From the NCBI GenBank assembly GCA_016180085.1, contig JACPBX010000032.1, positions 1 to 22,744 of the forward strand: a DNA stretch of 22,744 nt, read 5' to 3'. Below the pieces are notes generated by a model. The model worked only from the letters and a program-made list of their open reading frames with translations. It did no database searches and was not told the origin of the DNA. Made by a program: the position numbers and the translations under genes. Within the stretch, counting starts at the first letter, position 1. Every line of letters begins with the position of its first letter. Shown here piece after piece: positions 14,368-22,664 of this stretch. The stretch is from Candidatus Woesearchaeota archaeon. Lineage in GTDB: Archaea > Nanobdellota > Nanobdellia > Woesearchaeales > UBA10216.

Positions 14368-15171
14368 ATGGTTGAAATCGAGGTTGTAAAGGCGGACAAG
14401 AAGGGCAACAAGCTTGCAATACTGCTTAAGAAAACCGATGCCTCATTTGTAAACGGCGTAAGGCGGGCAATATTGGAAAACGTGCCAACAATGGCCATAG
14501 AAGATGTTGAGATAAGAAAAAACAATTCAGTGCTCTACGACGAGGTAATAGCGCACAGGCTGGGCCTTCTCCCGCTTACAACAGACATAGAATCTTACAA
14601 CCTTCCTGCAAAATGCAAGTGCAACGGCGAAGGGTGCGCAAGCTGCCAGGTCAAGCTCACGCTTGAAGCAGAAGGGCCGGGCATAGTCACAGCATCGGAA
14701 ATAAAATCAAAAGACCCCAAAATAAAGCCCGTATTCCCGGAAACACCAATAGTAAAGCTGCTCAAGGGGCAAAAGATAGAGCTTGAGGCGACAGCAATGC
14801 TGGGAACAGGAAACATGCATTCAAAATGGAACCCTGCGCACGTGTGGTATAAGCATAAGCCAGTAGTGAAGATTGGAAATGTTAAGGAGCCATACAGGGT
14901 CGTGGAGGCATGCCCGCCAGGCGTGTTTGAAATAAAGAACGGGAAACTGGCGGTGAATGAGGAAAAGCTGCTGGTGACAGACCTTGCAGGTCTTGCGGAA
15001 GAAGCGAGCAACGGAGAAGTAACATTAGAGAAATCGGACGACTTCGTCATGTTCATTGAAAGCTTCGGCCAGCTTGACTGCAAAGAGATACTTGAGCAGG
15101 CTGTAAAGGCGCTTGATGAAAACACAGAGGAGTTTGAGAAGCTGCTCAAAGAGGCAGAAACCAAGGAGTGA
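14368..15171 (+). CDS. rpoD: DNA-directed RNA polymerase subunit D (Rpo3)
   Basis: N.VRR.I...VPTMAIE.V....N.SVLYDEVIAHRLGLLPL, C.C.G.GC..C, IVKL..GQ...LEA. Confidence 0.97.
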   Translation: MVEIEVVKADKKGNKLAILLKKTDASFVNGVRRAILENVPTMAIEDVEIRKNNSVLYDEVIAHRLGLLPLTTDIESYNLPAKCKCNGEGCASCQVKLTLEAEGPGIVTASEIKSKDPKIKPVFPETPIVKLLKGQKIELEATAMLGTGNMHSKWNPAHVWYKHKPVVKIGNVKEPYRVVEACPPGVFEIKNGKLAVNEEKLLVTDLAGLAEEASNGEVTLEKSDDFVMFIESFGQLDCKEILEQAVKALDENTEEFEKLLKEAETKE

Positions 15172-15196
15172 CTGCACGCAGCATACCACTCGCATC

Positions 15197-15338
15197 GCGG
15201 GGGTGGCAGAGCCTGGTCAAATGCGCTACCTTGAGGTGACCCTTTTAAGAAAAGGGTCAATCCAAAAACGGCAAAATAAGCCGTTTGCAAAAGGGTAGTC
15301 CCTTAGTGGGTGCGCGTGTTCGAATCACGTCCCCCGCA
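15197..15338 (+). tRNA. tRNA-Leu(GAG) with a 56-nt intron at canonical position 37/38 (15237-15292)
   Basis: Acceptor GCGGGGG/CCCCCGC, discriminator A, D-loop GAGCCTGGTCAAA, anticodon stem CTACC/GGTAG, anticodon GAG at 15233-35, long variable arm, T-arm GCGTG-TTCGAAT-CACGT; CCA not encoded directly. Confidence 0.92.
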
Positions 15339-15413
15339 TACCAGCACACAGCAATAATTGCCATAAAAATTACCGAAGGGAAGGACCTCACGGCTGTTGT
15401 AAACGCTGAAGCG

Positions 15414-15674
15414 ATGAAGCTGAGAAGGCATGCAGGTCTAAGGCACAGGCCGCTCGAGAGCAGCGGAAACTACGTTGTGCTTAGAGCGGGCAGAGGTTAC
15501 GTGCTTGAAATTGTCGCGGCACAAACGCAAGAAGCTGGAGTTATGAGGCTGACAATCAACGGCACAGGAACTGGTGCAACGCCGAAGCATGTTACAGACG
15601 CCTTGCAGAAACAAGGCTACACACGATTCGCCACACAACCTGTGCAGTTAGCTGCGATGTACACACTAGGATAA
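15414..15674 (+). CDS. Hypothetical protein inserted between tRNA-Leu and rpl18e
   Basis: Open frame ends 1 nt before the rpl18e ATG. The track start (15285) lies inside the tRNA intron; the first ATG after the tRNA is 15414, and an alternative start near 15355 is possible. Confidence 0.55.
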   Translation: MKLRRHAGLRHRPLESSGNYVVLRAGRGYVLEIVAAQTQEAGVMRLTINGTGTGATPKHVTDALQKQGYTRFATQPVQLAAMYTLG

Positions 15675-15675
15675 A

Positions 15676-16035
15676 ATGAGAACCGGACCGACCAACGTAA
15701 ACCTGAAGAGCCTGATAGGCGAGCTTAGGAAGAAGGCCTATGCGGAGGACATCCCGCTATTTGAAAGGCTGGCAGAGGACCTTGAAAAGCCGACAAGGCA
15801 GAAAAGGGAGGTCAACCTTTCGAAGATAAGCAGGCACGCGAAGAAAGGAGAGCTTGTTGTAGTGCCGGGAAAGGTGCTTGCGTCAGGAGAGCTCAGCCAG
15901 AGCGTGACAATCGCAGCATGGAAATTCTCGCAGCCAGCGCTTGAAAAGATAACAAAGGCCAACGCGAAAGCAATAACAATCAACGAACTCATAAAAAACG
16001 GCTTCAAGGGAACAACAGTCAGGATTATAGGATAA
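15676..16035 (+). CDS. rpl18e: 50S ribosomal protein L18e (eL18)
   Basis: LA..L.KP.RQ..EVNLSKI.R, VVVPGKVLASG, VTIAAWKFS..A..KI. Confidence 0.96.
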   Translation: MRTGPTNVNLKSLIGELRKKAYAEDIPLFERLAEDLEKPTRQKREVNLSKISRHAKKGELVVVPGKVLASGELSQSVTIAAWKFSQPALEKITKANAKAITINELIKNGFKGTTVRIIG

Positions 16036-16042
16036 AAACAGG

Positions 16043-16552
16043 ATGACAATGGCAAAAGCAAAAGAAAAGCCGGATGGCGCGGGGAAGGCGGCGGGAAAAA
16101 CCATTATTGACGCCACAAACCTGATACTTGGCAGGCTCGCGGCAAAGGCCGCGAAGCAGGCGCTGCAGGGAGAAGCCGTAACCGTGGTGAACTGCGAAAA
16201 AGCGGTCATAACAGGCGACAGGGAACAGCTGCTTGATAACTATGCTAAAAAGTTTGATGTCGGACAGGTAAACCAGGGACCATACTTCCCGAGAAGGCCC
16301 GACATGCTTGTCAGAAGAACGATAAGAGGCATGCTTCCGAGGAAAAAACCGAAGGGCAGGACGGCATTTGCAAGAATTGAGTGCTACGTTGGCGTGCCAT
16401 CGCAAATAAAGCAGGAAGAGATTACGTCACTGCCGGAAGCAAGCGTGGAAAGGATTAAAAAAGCCGCGCATATGACGGTAAGTGAGTTGTGCAAACATCT
16501 GGGATACAAGGATTCAGGATATACTGAAATAGTAACAGCGGTTAAAAAATAA
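16043..16552 (+). CDS. rpl13: 50S ribosomal protein L13 (uL13)
   Basis: IIDA...ILGRLA..AAK..L.GE.V.VVNCEK.VITG, GPYFPRRPD.L.RRTIRGMLP.K. Confidence 0.97.
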   Translation: MTMAKAKEKPDGAGKAAGKTIIDATNLILGRLAAKAAKQALQGEAVTVVNCEKAVITGDREQLLDNYAKKFDVGQVNQGPYFPRRPDMLVRRTIRGMLPRKKPKGRTAFARIECYVGVPSQIKQEEITSLPEASVERIKKAAHMTVSELCKHLGYKDSGYTEIVTAVKK

Positions 16553-16567
16553 GAGAAATGAGATAAC

Positions 16568-16978
16568 ATGGCGACAGGAAAGGTTGTTGTTTTATCCGGA
16601 AAAAGGAAAAGCGCGGTAGCCAAAGCCGTAGTCCGGGCAGGAACAGGGAACGTAACCGTAAACAACAAGCTGCTGGACCACTATGAGCCCCTGATTGTGA
16701 GGATGAGGCTGCAGGAGCCATTGCTCCTTGCCGGGGATAATGCCGCGAAAGTTGACATAGAGATTAACGTAAGGGGAGGAGGCATAATGGGCCAGGCAGA
16801 GGCTGCAAGGCTTGCAATGGCAAAAGGCCTGGTTGCTTTCCTCAAGGACAAAAAACTCGAGAAAACATTCCTTGAATATGACAGGCACCTCCTTGTGGCG
16901 GATGTGAGAAGGAAGGAAGTCAGGAAGCCCAACAGGCACGGAAAGGCAAGGGCGGCCACACAAAAATCGTATCGTTAA
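16568..16978 (+). CDS. rps9: 30S ribosomal protein S9 (uS9)
   Basis: GKRKSAVAKA, V.GGG..GQAEA.R.A.AKGL, YDR.LLVAD.RR.E, ARA..QKSYR. Confidence 0.97.
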   Translation: MATGKVVVLSGKRKSAVAKAVVRAGTGNVTVNNKLLDHYEPLIVRMRLQEPLLLAGDNAAKVDIEINVRGGGIMGQAEAARLAMAKGLVAFLKDKKLEKTFLEYDRHLLVADVRRKEVRKPNRHGKARAATQKSYR

Positions 16979-17000
16979 TGCTGTGAGGTGCTAAAACAAA

Positions 17001-17198
17001 ATGATAATCCCAATAAGATGCTACGCGTGCGGGAAGCCAGTTGCGCATTTGTGGGCTGAATTCAACGAAAGGGTCGCCAAAGGCGAAGACCGCAAGAAGG
17101 TAATGGACGAGCTCGGGCTTGAAAGATACTGCTGCAGGGCACTGTTCCTCGGGCACATAGACCTGATAGACGCGGCTGCGGAATTCAAGAAGGCTTAA
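17001..17198 (+). CDS. rpoN: DNA-directed RNA polymerase subunit N (Rpo10)
   Basis: MIIPIRC..CGKPV, MD.LGL.RYCCR..FL.H.DL; GAGGTG SD upstream. Confidence 0.97.
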   Translation: MIIPIRCYACGKPVAHLWAEFNERVAKGEDRKKVMDELGLERYCCRALFLGHIDLIDAAAEFKKA

Positions 17199-18534
17199 CA
17201 GCCATAACATCTTCTTTGAAGAAAAGATGCGAGAAAAAAGGGTACCTAGACTCGCCATTCCAATCAACATATAAGCCGGACATTTCAACGACTTTGCTAA
17301 GAGGGTAAGCGCTGAACATAGCAGAAGGACTTGCCTGCTTAACCATGCGTTCCAGCTCTTGCCTTGCGGCCTGCCCGTACACCATAACATGAATTTCCGG
17401 CCCTTTTGAAATAATGCCGTGAAGCCCTCTTTTAGTCGGCACACGTGCAAAAGCGGCAATAGGCTTCCCAGAGGGAACAAGGCCAAGACCAACGCATTTG
17501 CTCTCCTGTTCGGACACGAAATTGCTCAATAAACCGTCTAATCCGGCATGATTTTCAGGAACCACACAATAGGATACATTGCCCATTTCCTCAAGAGTAA
17601 GTTGAATAAGACTCATTATGTAACTTAATTTCTCAATCTTCATCTCAACAAGCCTCCGCGTCCCTCTAGATAAGCTTTCGCCAGTGACTGCCCCGAAAAG
17701 CAAGCTTCTCACAGGACTCCACGGCTTTGATACGTGACCATAGAGAGCTGCTGAACAGTTTTCAACAGGTGTGCTCACAATACACAAATCATTGGCCTGT
17801 AATGTTCCTCCTGTACCGACAATCTCTACCACAATATCGGCAACTCCTCTTGAAATCGCAGATTCTGTTTCTCCCTGGCGTTCAAGAATGTAGACTAACG
17901 GGCGACTTTCGGCTTTCTTCTTACTTCTCCCAGTGACTTGGATGAAATCGCGAGCAACTCTTCTCAGAGTGGCTTCACTGCCTAACTGTCGTGCATAATC
18001 CGAAAGCAACCCAGACTGCAAAAGCGCTTCGGCAAGAGCATACGTAGCTATATTTATGTATTTTGTGACGCACGTTACACCATGACCAGAACGCTCTAAA
18101 AATGCGGCTAAGTTTTTTACAGGCAGTTGATCAAAATCGCTCTTCCTTACTGCAACTGCAACCTTACAAAAGCCGTAACCTAGCCTTAAGAGAGGTTGAA
18201 TAACGCCTTGTGCAGTGGGTTCGGCAGTAGGACCTCGCAAAGAAAACTCCCACTCGCTTCGCCAGTCTTCTCCAAAAATTGCCAAATCAACTTCTTCTTC
18301 AAGCGATGGGAAGACGTGAGAAGTTAGCATGATTGAACCATCCTCCTGCCTTATGATTACGGGCTCTATTTCCGCATCATTCAAACATTTCGGGCGTTCT
18401 TCCTCTTTTCCAGGCTCATAACCTTCAAGGCGAAAACCGGCAGCTTCGAGAAATAATTTGGTATTGAACCTATCAGGGCTATTGTATCTTCCTTTCGGTA
18501 ACCCGAATCTTATCAAAGGCTTCTGCCCTCCCAT
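17185..18534 (-). CDS. hisG: Divergent, enlarged ATP phosphoribosyltransferase (HisG-like)
   Basis: LPKGR, VDLAIFGED, L..LGYG.CKVAVAV, TKY.NI, GETE..I..GVADIVVEIV.TG.TL.ANDL, C-terminal HisG_C-like tail. ATG 18534 is preferred over TTG 18555 (449 aa). Confidence 0.65.
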   Translation of the reverse strand: MGGQKPLIRFGLPKGRYNSPDRFNTKLFLEAAGFRLEGYEPGKEEERPKCLNDAEIEPVIIRQEDGSIMLTSHVFPSLEEEVDLAIFGEDWRSEWEFSLRGPTAEPTAQGVIQPLLRLGYGFCKVAVAVRKSDFDQLPVKNLAAFLERSGHGVTCVTKYINIATYALAEALLQSGLLSDYARQLGSEATLRRVARDFIQVTGRSKKKAESRPLVYILERQGETESAISRGVADIVVEIVGTGGTLQANDLCIVSTPVENCSAALYGHVSKPWSPVRSLLFGAVTGESLSRGTRRLVEMKIEKLSYIMSLIQLTLEEMGNVSYCVVPENHAGLDGLLSNFVSEQESKCVGLGLVPSGKPIAAFARVPTKRGLHGIISKGPEIHVMVYGQAARQELERMVKQASPSAMFSAYPLSKVVEMSGLYVDWNGESRYPFFSHLFFKEDVMAVKPS

Positions 18535-18557
18535 CTGCCGGCGGGAGTGAAGCAAAG

Positions 18558-18565
18558 TTTAAAAA
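18558..18565. promoter_or_regulatory. Palindromic TATA box probably shared by the divergent hisG-like gene and leuS
   Basis: TTTAAA at 18558-63 lies about 25 nt from both ATGs (18534 and 18589). Confidence 0.55.
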
Positions 18566-18588
18566 CACTCTGATGCTCTCAGGCTCTA

Positions 18589-21309
18589 ATGACTGATGCC
18601 GAAGTTGACTTCAACAAGATAGCCAAAAAGTGGCAGAAGAAGTGGGCAGATTCTGGAATATTCAAAGTAAGGGAAGAACCGAAGAAAAAGAAGTTTTACT
18701 GCCTGGAGATGTTTCCCTATCCGTCAGGCGCAGGACTTCACATGGGCCACGTCCGGAATTACGCCATTGGCGATTGCCATGCCCGATACAAGAGAATGCG
18801 GGGATTTAACGTTCTTTACCCTATGGGCTATGATGCATTCGGGCTGCCGGCAGAGAATGCCGCCATCAAGAACAAGATTAACCCGAAGAAGTGGACAGAG
18901 GATAATATGGCCCTGATGAAGTCACAGCAAAAACAGCTGGGCTTGAGTTATGACTGGGACAGGGAGCTGGCAACTTGCTACCCCGAATACTACGGCTGGA
19001 ACCAGTGGATATTCCTCAAAATGCTTGAAAAAGGGCTGGCCTACAAGAAAAAGGCGTTGGCAAACTGGTGCCCAAGCTGCAAAACTGTTTTGGCGAATGA
19101 GCAGGTTGTTGACGGGGGATGCTGGAGGTGCCACAGCCCTGTTGAGCAGAAGGAGCTTGAGCAGTGGTTCCTTAAAATAACGGCATACGCAGACCAGCTC
19201 CTTACAGATCTCGACAAGCTTGGAAACTGGCCTGAAAGAGTCAAGGTAATGCAGAAGAACTGGATTGGAAAGAGCGAAGGCGTAACGACAACCTTCAAGG
19301 TAAAGGACATGGATATCAAATTCAGCGTTTTTGACTCTGTCCCGCAAACCTTCATGGCCCAGACGTTCACCGTAATAGCGCCGGAGCATCCTGCCGTAAA
19401 GGAGCTTGTCAAAGGCACCAAGCATGAAAAGCAGGTCATGGAATTCGTTGAGCGCATTAAAAGAAAAAAAGCCACTGACAAGTTCGACATTGAAAAGGAC
19501 ATGGAAGGAATTTTCACAGGGCGCTATCTCGAATACCCGCTGGCCGGAGACAGGCTTCTGCCAATTTGGGTTGCCTCCTTCGTCGTGTACGAATACGGGA
19601 GCGGAGTGGTTAACTGCAGCGCGCATGACAAGCGCGACTTTGACTTTGCCAGGAAATATGAAATTCCCCTGCATCCCGTAATGCACCCACCAGATGCAAA
19701 GGAAGCGGAAAAAGTGCGCAACCTTGAATACTGCTACTACAAGGACCCCGAAGGCATTCTGGATGAGCCTGCTAAATTCAAGGGCAGAAAGTGGGGAGAT
19801 GTGCGGGAAGACATCGTCAGGCATCTCGAAAGCACAGGCTATGGCAAGAAGGAAGTTAATTACAAACTTCGCGACTGGCTCATCTCAAGGCAGAGGTACT
19901 GGGGCACACCTATTCCGGTTGTTTACTGCAAAAAGTGCGGAATTGTGGGAGTGCCTGAAAAAGAGCTGCCGGTTATGCTTCCGGAGCCAGAGAAAGTCAA
20001 ATTTACAGGCGAAGGCAATCCTCTCGACAGCTGCGGCGAGTTTGTTAACGTAAAGTGCCCGAAGTGCAAGGCTGATGCAAGGAGAGAAACAGACACGATG
20101 GACACTTTTGTAGACAGCTCATGGTATTTCCTCCGTTATTGCAGCAACAAAGAACAGAAAATGCCGTTTGACCAAAAAGCTGCTGAATACTGGATGCCTG
20201 TGGACCAGTACATTGGAGGGATAGAGCATGCTGTGATGCACCTCCTTTATGCGAGGTTCTTTACAAAGGTGCTAAGGGATTTGAAGCTGGTTGATGCGGA
20301 TGAGCCATTCAGCAACCTCCTGTGCCAGGGAATGGTGCTGAAAGACGGGGCAGTGATGAGCAAAAGCAAGGGCAATGTCGTTGACCCGAGGACGATAATA
20401 GAAAAGTTTGGACCGGATACCGCAAGGCTGTTCATACTGTTCATGGCCATGCCTGAGAAAGAGCTCGAGTGGTCGGACAAGGGCGTGGAAGGGAGCTTCA
20501 GGCTGCTAAGGAAGATTTATTCCCTGGCAACGAAGAAGCTAAGTTACGGCAACGGGAAAGGGCTGTTATCCAAAGACAAGCAAGTTCTGAGCAAGACTCA
20601 CTCGACGATAAAGAAAACAACAGAGATGGTTGAGGAATTCCGGCTGAATGCTGCAATAGGGGGCGTGATAGAACTGGTAAACGTGCTTTCAAAATACAGC
20701 GAAGGGGAAGTCAACAAGGAAGTTTACAAAGAGGCACTGCTGAATCTGACGTTGCTTGCCGCCCCATTTGCACCACACATTGCAGAGGAACTGTGGGAGA
20801 TCCAAGGCCGCAAAGGATTTGCCTCATTGCAGAACTGGCCAGAATACGAAGAAGAGAAGATAGACAAAGAAGCGGAAGCGATGGAACAGCTTGTCCACAC
20901 AACGCTTTCGGATTTCGAGACTGTGCTGCAGCTGGCGAAGATAGAAAAACCAAAAGAAGTTGTGCTCGTTGTAGCGCCAGGCTGGAAATACGAGCTGTTC
21001 AGGATACTAAAAGAGGAGCTAAAGAAAACGAGGGACCAAAGAGCTTTGATAAACACCTGCCTTGCAGAAAAGGACATTAAGCCCCACGGCCAAGAGGTGG
21101 CAAAGATTGTGCAGGCAGTGCTGAAGGACCCAGGGAAGCTGCCACAGATGATACTTGGGAAGGAAAAAGAGCAGGAGGCCTACGCGGCAGCAAAGGAAAC
21201 AATAGAGAAAGAGTACGGCGCAAAGGTAAAGGTTGAAGATGCTGAGAAGTCAAAAGAGCAGAAGGCGAGACAGGCAATGCCCGGGAAGCCTGCGATTGTT
21301 GTGAGGTGA
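18589..21309 (+). CDS. leuS: Leucine--tRNA ligase, bacterial-type core with an archaeal-type C-terminal domain
   Basis: MFPYPSG..LHMGH (HIGH), WLISRQRYWG.PIP, YIGGIEHA..HLLY.RF, VMSKSKGN (KMSKS); C-terminal A.PGKPAIVV. Confidence 0.97.
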   Translation: MTDAEVDFNKIAKKWQKKWADSGIFKVREEPKKKKFYCLEMFPYPSGAGLHMGHVRNYAIGDCHARYKRMRGFNVLYPMGYDAFGLPAENAAIKNKINPKKWTEDNMALMKSQQKQLGLSYDWDRELATCYPEYYGWNQWIFLKMLEKGLAYKKKALANWCPSCKTVLANEQVVDGGCWRCHSPVEQKELEQWFLKITAYADQLLTDLDKLGNWPERVKVMQKNWIGKSEGVTTTFKVKDMDIKFSVFDSVPQTFMAQTFTVIAPEHPAVKELVKGTKHEKQVMEFVERIKRKKATDKFDIEKDMEGIFTGRYLEYPLAGDRLLPIWVASFVVYEYGSGVVNCSAHDKRDFDFARKYEIPLHPVMHPPDAKEAEKVRNLEYCYYKDPEGILDEPAKFKGRKWGDVREDIVRHLESTGYGKKEVNYKLRDWLISRQRYWGTPIPVVYCKKCGIVGVPEKELPVMLPEPEKVKFTGEGNPLDSCGEFVNVKCPKCKADARRETDTMDTFVDSSWYFLRYCSNKEQKMPFDQKAAEYWMPVDQYIGGIEHAVMHLLYARFFTKVLRDLKLVDADEPFSNLLCQGMVLKDGAVMSKSKGNVVDPRTIIEKFGPDTARLFILFMAMPEKELEWSDKGVEGSFRLLRKIYSLATKKLSYGNGKGLLSKDKQVLSKTHSTIKKTTEMVEEFRLNAAIGGVIELVNVLSKYSEGEVNKEVYKEALLNLTLLAAPFAPHIAEELWEIQGRKGFASLQNWPEYEEEKIDKEAEAMEQLVHTTLSDFETVLQLAKIEKPKEVVLVVAPGWKYELFRILKEELKKTRDQRALINTCLAEKDIKPHGQEVAKIVQAVLKDPGKLPQMILGKEKEQEAYAAAKETIEKEYGAKVKVEDAEKSKEQKARQAMPGKPAIVVR

Positions 21310-21313
21310 AAAT

Positions 21314-21814
21314 TTGGTTCAGAAAGTGGAAGAACTGGAAGTTCAAATTACACAGAATTACTATCCTGAACTTGGGGCAAAAGTCGGGCAGCTAATAAGA
21401 GAGAAAGAAATAAGAATGGGGCCGATGGCTACCGAACTCGCCCCATTTTTAAGAATGGCTCCAACTACCCTATCTCAGTTTCAGTCTGCAATCAGAAGCG
21501 GGCATATCTTAGGACATTCTCGATTAAGAGTTTCATTAGATGGTTATGTGGAATATGCCATGAGACTTGACAGGACGGCAGCGGTGCTCTTGTACGTTGG
21601 TGTTCCTCCCAACGACCCATGTTTGAAACAAATAAGAAGGGACCACCCGAGATTCAGATATCCTCCACTGATGTCAATACCTCAACACGGTATTTTACAG
21701 TTGCAGTCTTGCAGGGAAGCGCTTGCCATGCTTGATAAGATATCTGCGCTAACTCCGGAAGACCGGAAGGTTATAGCGATGGTTGTTGATGAAAAACTTC
21801 AGCAGTATCGATAA
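21314..21814 (+). CDS. Hypothetical protein
   Basis: 166-codon ORF; TTG start 4 nt after a GAGGTGA SD that overlaps the leuS stop; fills the gap before the NAD kinase gene. Confidence 0.65.
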   Translation: MVQKVEELEVQITQNYYPELGAKVGQLIREKEIRMGPMATELAPFLRMAPTTLSQFQSAIRSGHILGHSRLRVSLDGYVEYAMRLDRTAAVLLYVGVPPNDPCLKQIRRDHPRFRYPPLMSIPQHGILQLQSCREALAMLDKISALTPEDRKVIAMVVDEKLQQYR

Positions 21815-21846
21815 ATAGATAAAGCCACAGGCAACCGTAAAGCCAG

Positions 21847-22635
21847 ATGAAAATAAGAAAAGTCCTTGTAGTTTATTATGCAAGAAACTATGGTACACTG
21901 ACGGCTTTAAAACTGGCATTGGGCAAAAACAAAATAGCCGCTTCTTACATTAAAAGGGAGGGCGAATCAGCAATAAAAAAAGCCGCCCTTAAAGCTGATT
22001 GCGTTGTTGTTGTTGGCGGCGATGGCACGCTGCTCAGGGCATCGCACTTAATAGAAAGCACTCCAGTCCTTCACGTAAGCTCCAATTCAAACGTAAACGA
22101 AGCATTCTTTGCAAGGGCAACAGCAAAAGACATAGGCAGGAAAATAAGGCTCATTTCCAAGGGAAAATATAAGCTGCTGCCGCTGCTGAGGCTTGAAGCC
22201 GAAATCAACGGAAAAAAGCTCCCATTCAAAGCCCTTAACGAAGTCTATGCCGGGAGCAAAACGCCGTATCACACCGCCCGGTATAAGCTAATAATCGGCA
22301 ACAAGACAGAGGAGCAGAAAAGCTCCGGAATCCTTATTTCTACCCCTGCCGGGAGTTATGCCTGGACAAGAAGCGCAGGAGGGAGAACCATGCCATTGAC
22401 AGCAAAAGAGGTGCAGTTTGTAGTGAGAGAGCCGTATGTTGGAAGGCTCACAAAGCCGAAGATGACAAAGGGCGTCCTAAGCAGCAGCCAGAGCATAACG
22501 GTGATTTCAAACATCTGGGAAAGGCACAAAGGCGAGGTCGTGATTGACTCTTATAAGAAAGAATTTAAGTTTGACAAGGGAAGCAGGCTTGTTGTGAAGG
22601 CAGCCAGGCAGCCGCTAAACCTGGTTACTTTCTAA
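21847..22635 (+). CDS. nadK: NAD(+) kinase
   Basis: GGDGTLL, LNE, G..ISTPAGS.AW..SAGG. Confidence 0.9.
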   Translation: MKIRKVLVVYYARNYGTLTALKLALGKNKIAASYIKREGESAIKKAALKADCVVVVGGDGTLLRASHLIESTPVLHVSSNSNVNEAFFARATAKDIGRKIRLISKGKYKLLPLLRLEAEINGKKLPFKALNEVYAGSKTPYHTARYKLIIGNKTEEQKSSGILISTPAGSYAWTRSAGGRTMPLTAKEVQFVVREPYVGRLTKPKMTKGVLSSSQSITVISNIWERHKGEVVIDSYKKEFKFDKGSRLVVKAARQPLNLVTF

Positions 22636-22660
22636 AAACGAAAAGAAGCGGGAGACTCGC
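22632..22660 (-). terminator. Possible terminator of the minus-strand RNA
   Basis: GCGAGTCTCCCGC short hairpin followed by TTCTTTTCGTTTTT on the minus strand. Confidence 0.35.
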
Positions 22661-22664
22661 ATAA

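Noticed and set aside
13395-15290. Long minus-strand ORFs opposite rps4/rps11/rpoD (and similar ones opposite leuS and the primase)
   Set aside because: Antisense to well-conserved genes; Ser/Leu/Phe/Cys-rich composition typical of the reverse complement of purine-rich coding DNA.
15285-15413. Track start for the 129-aa ORF
   Set aside because: It begins inside the tRNA intron and runs through the tRNA 3' half.
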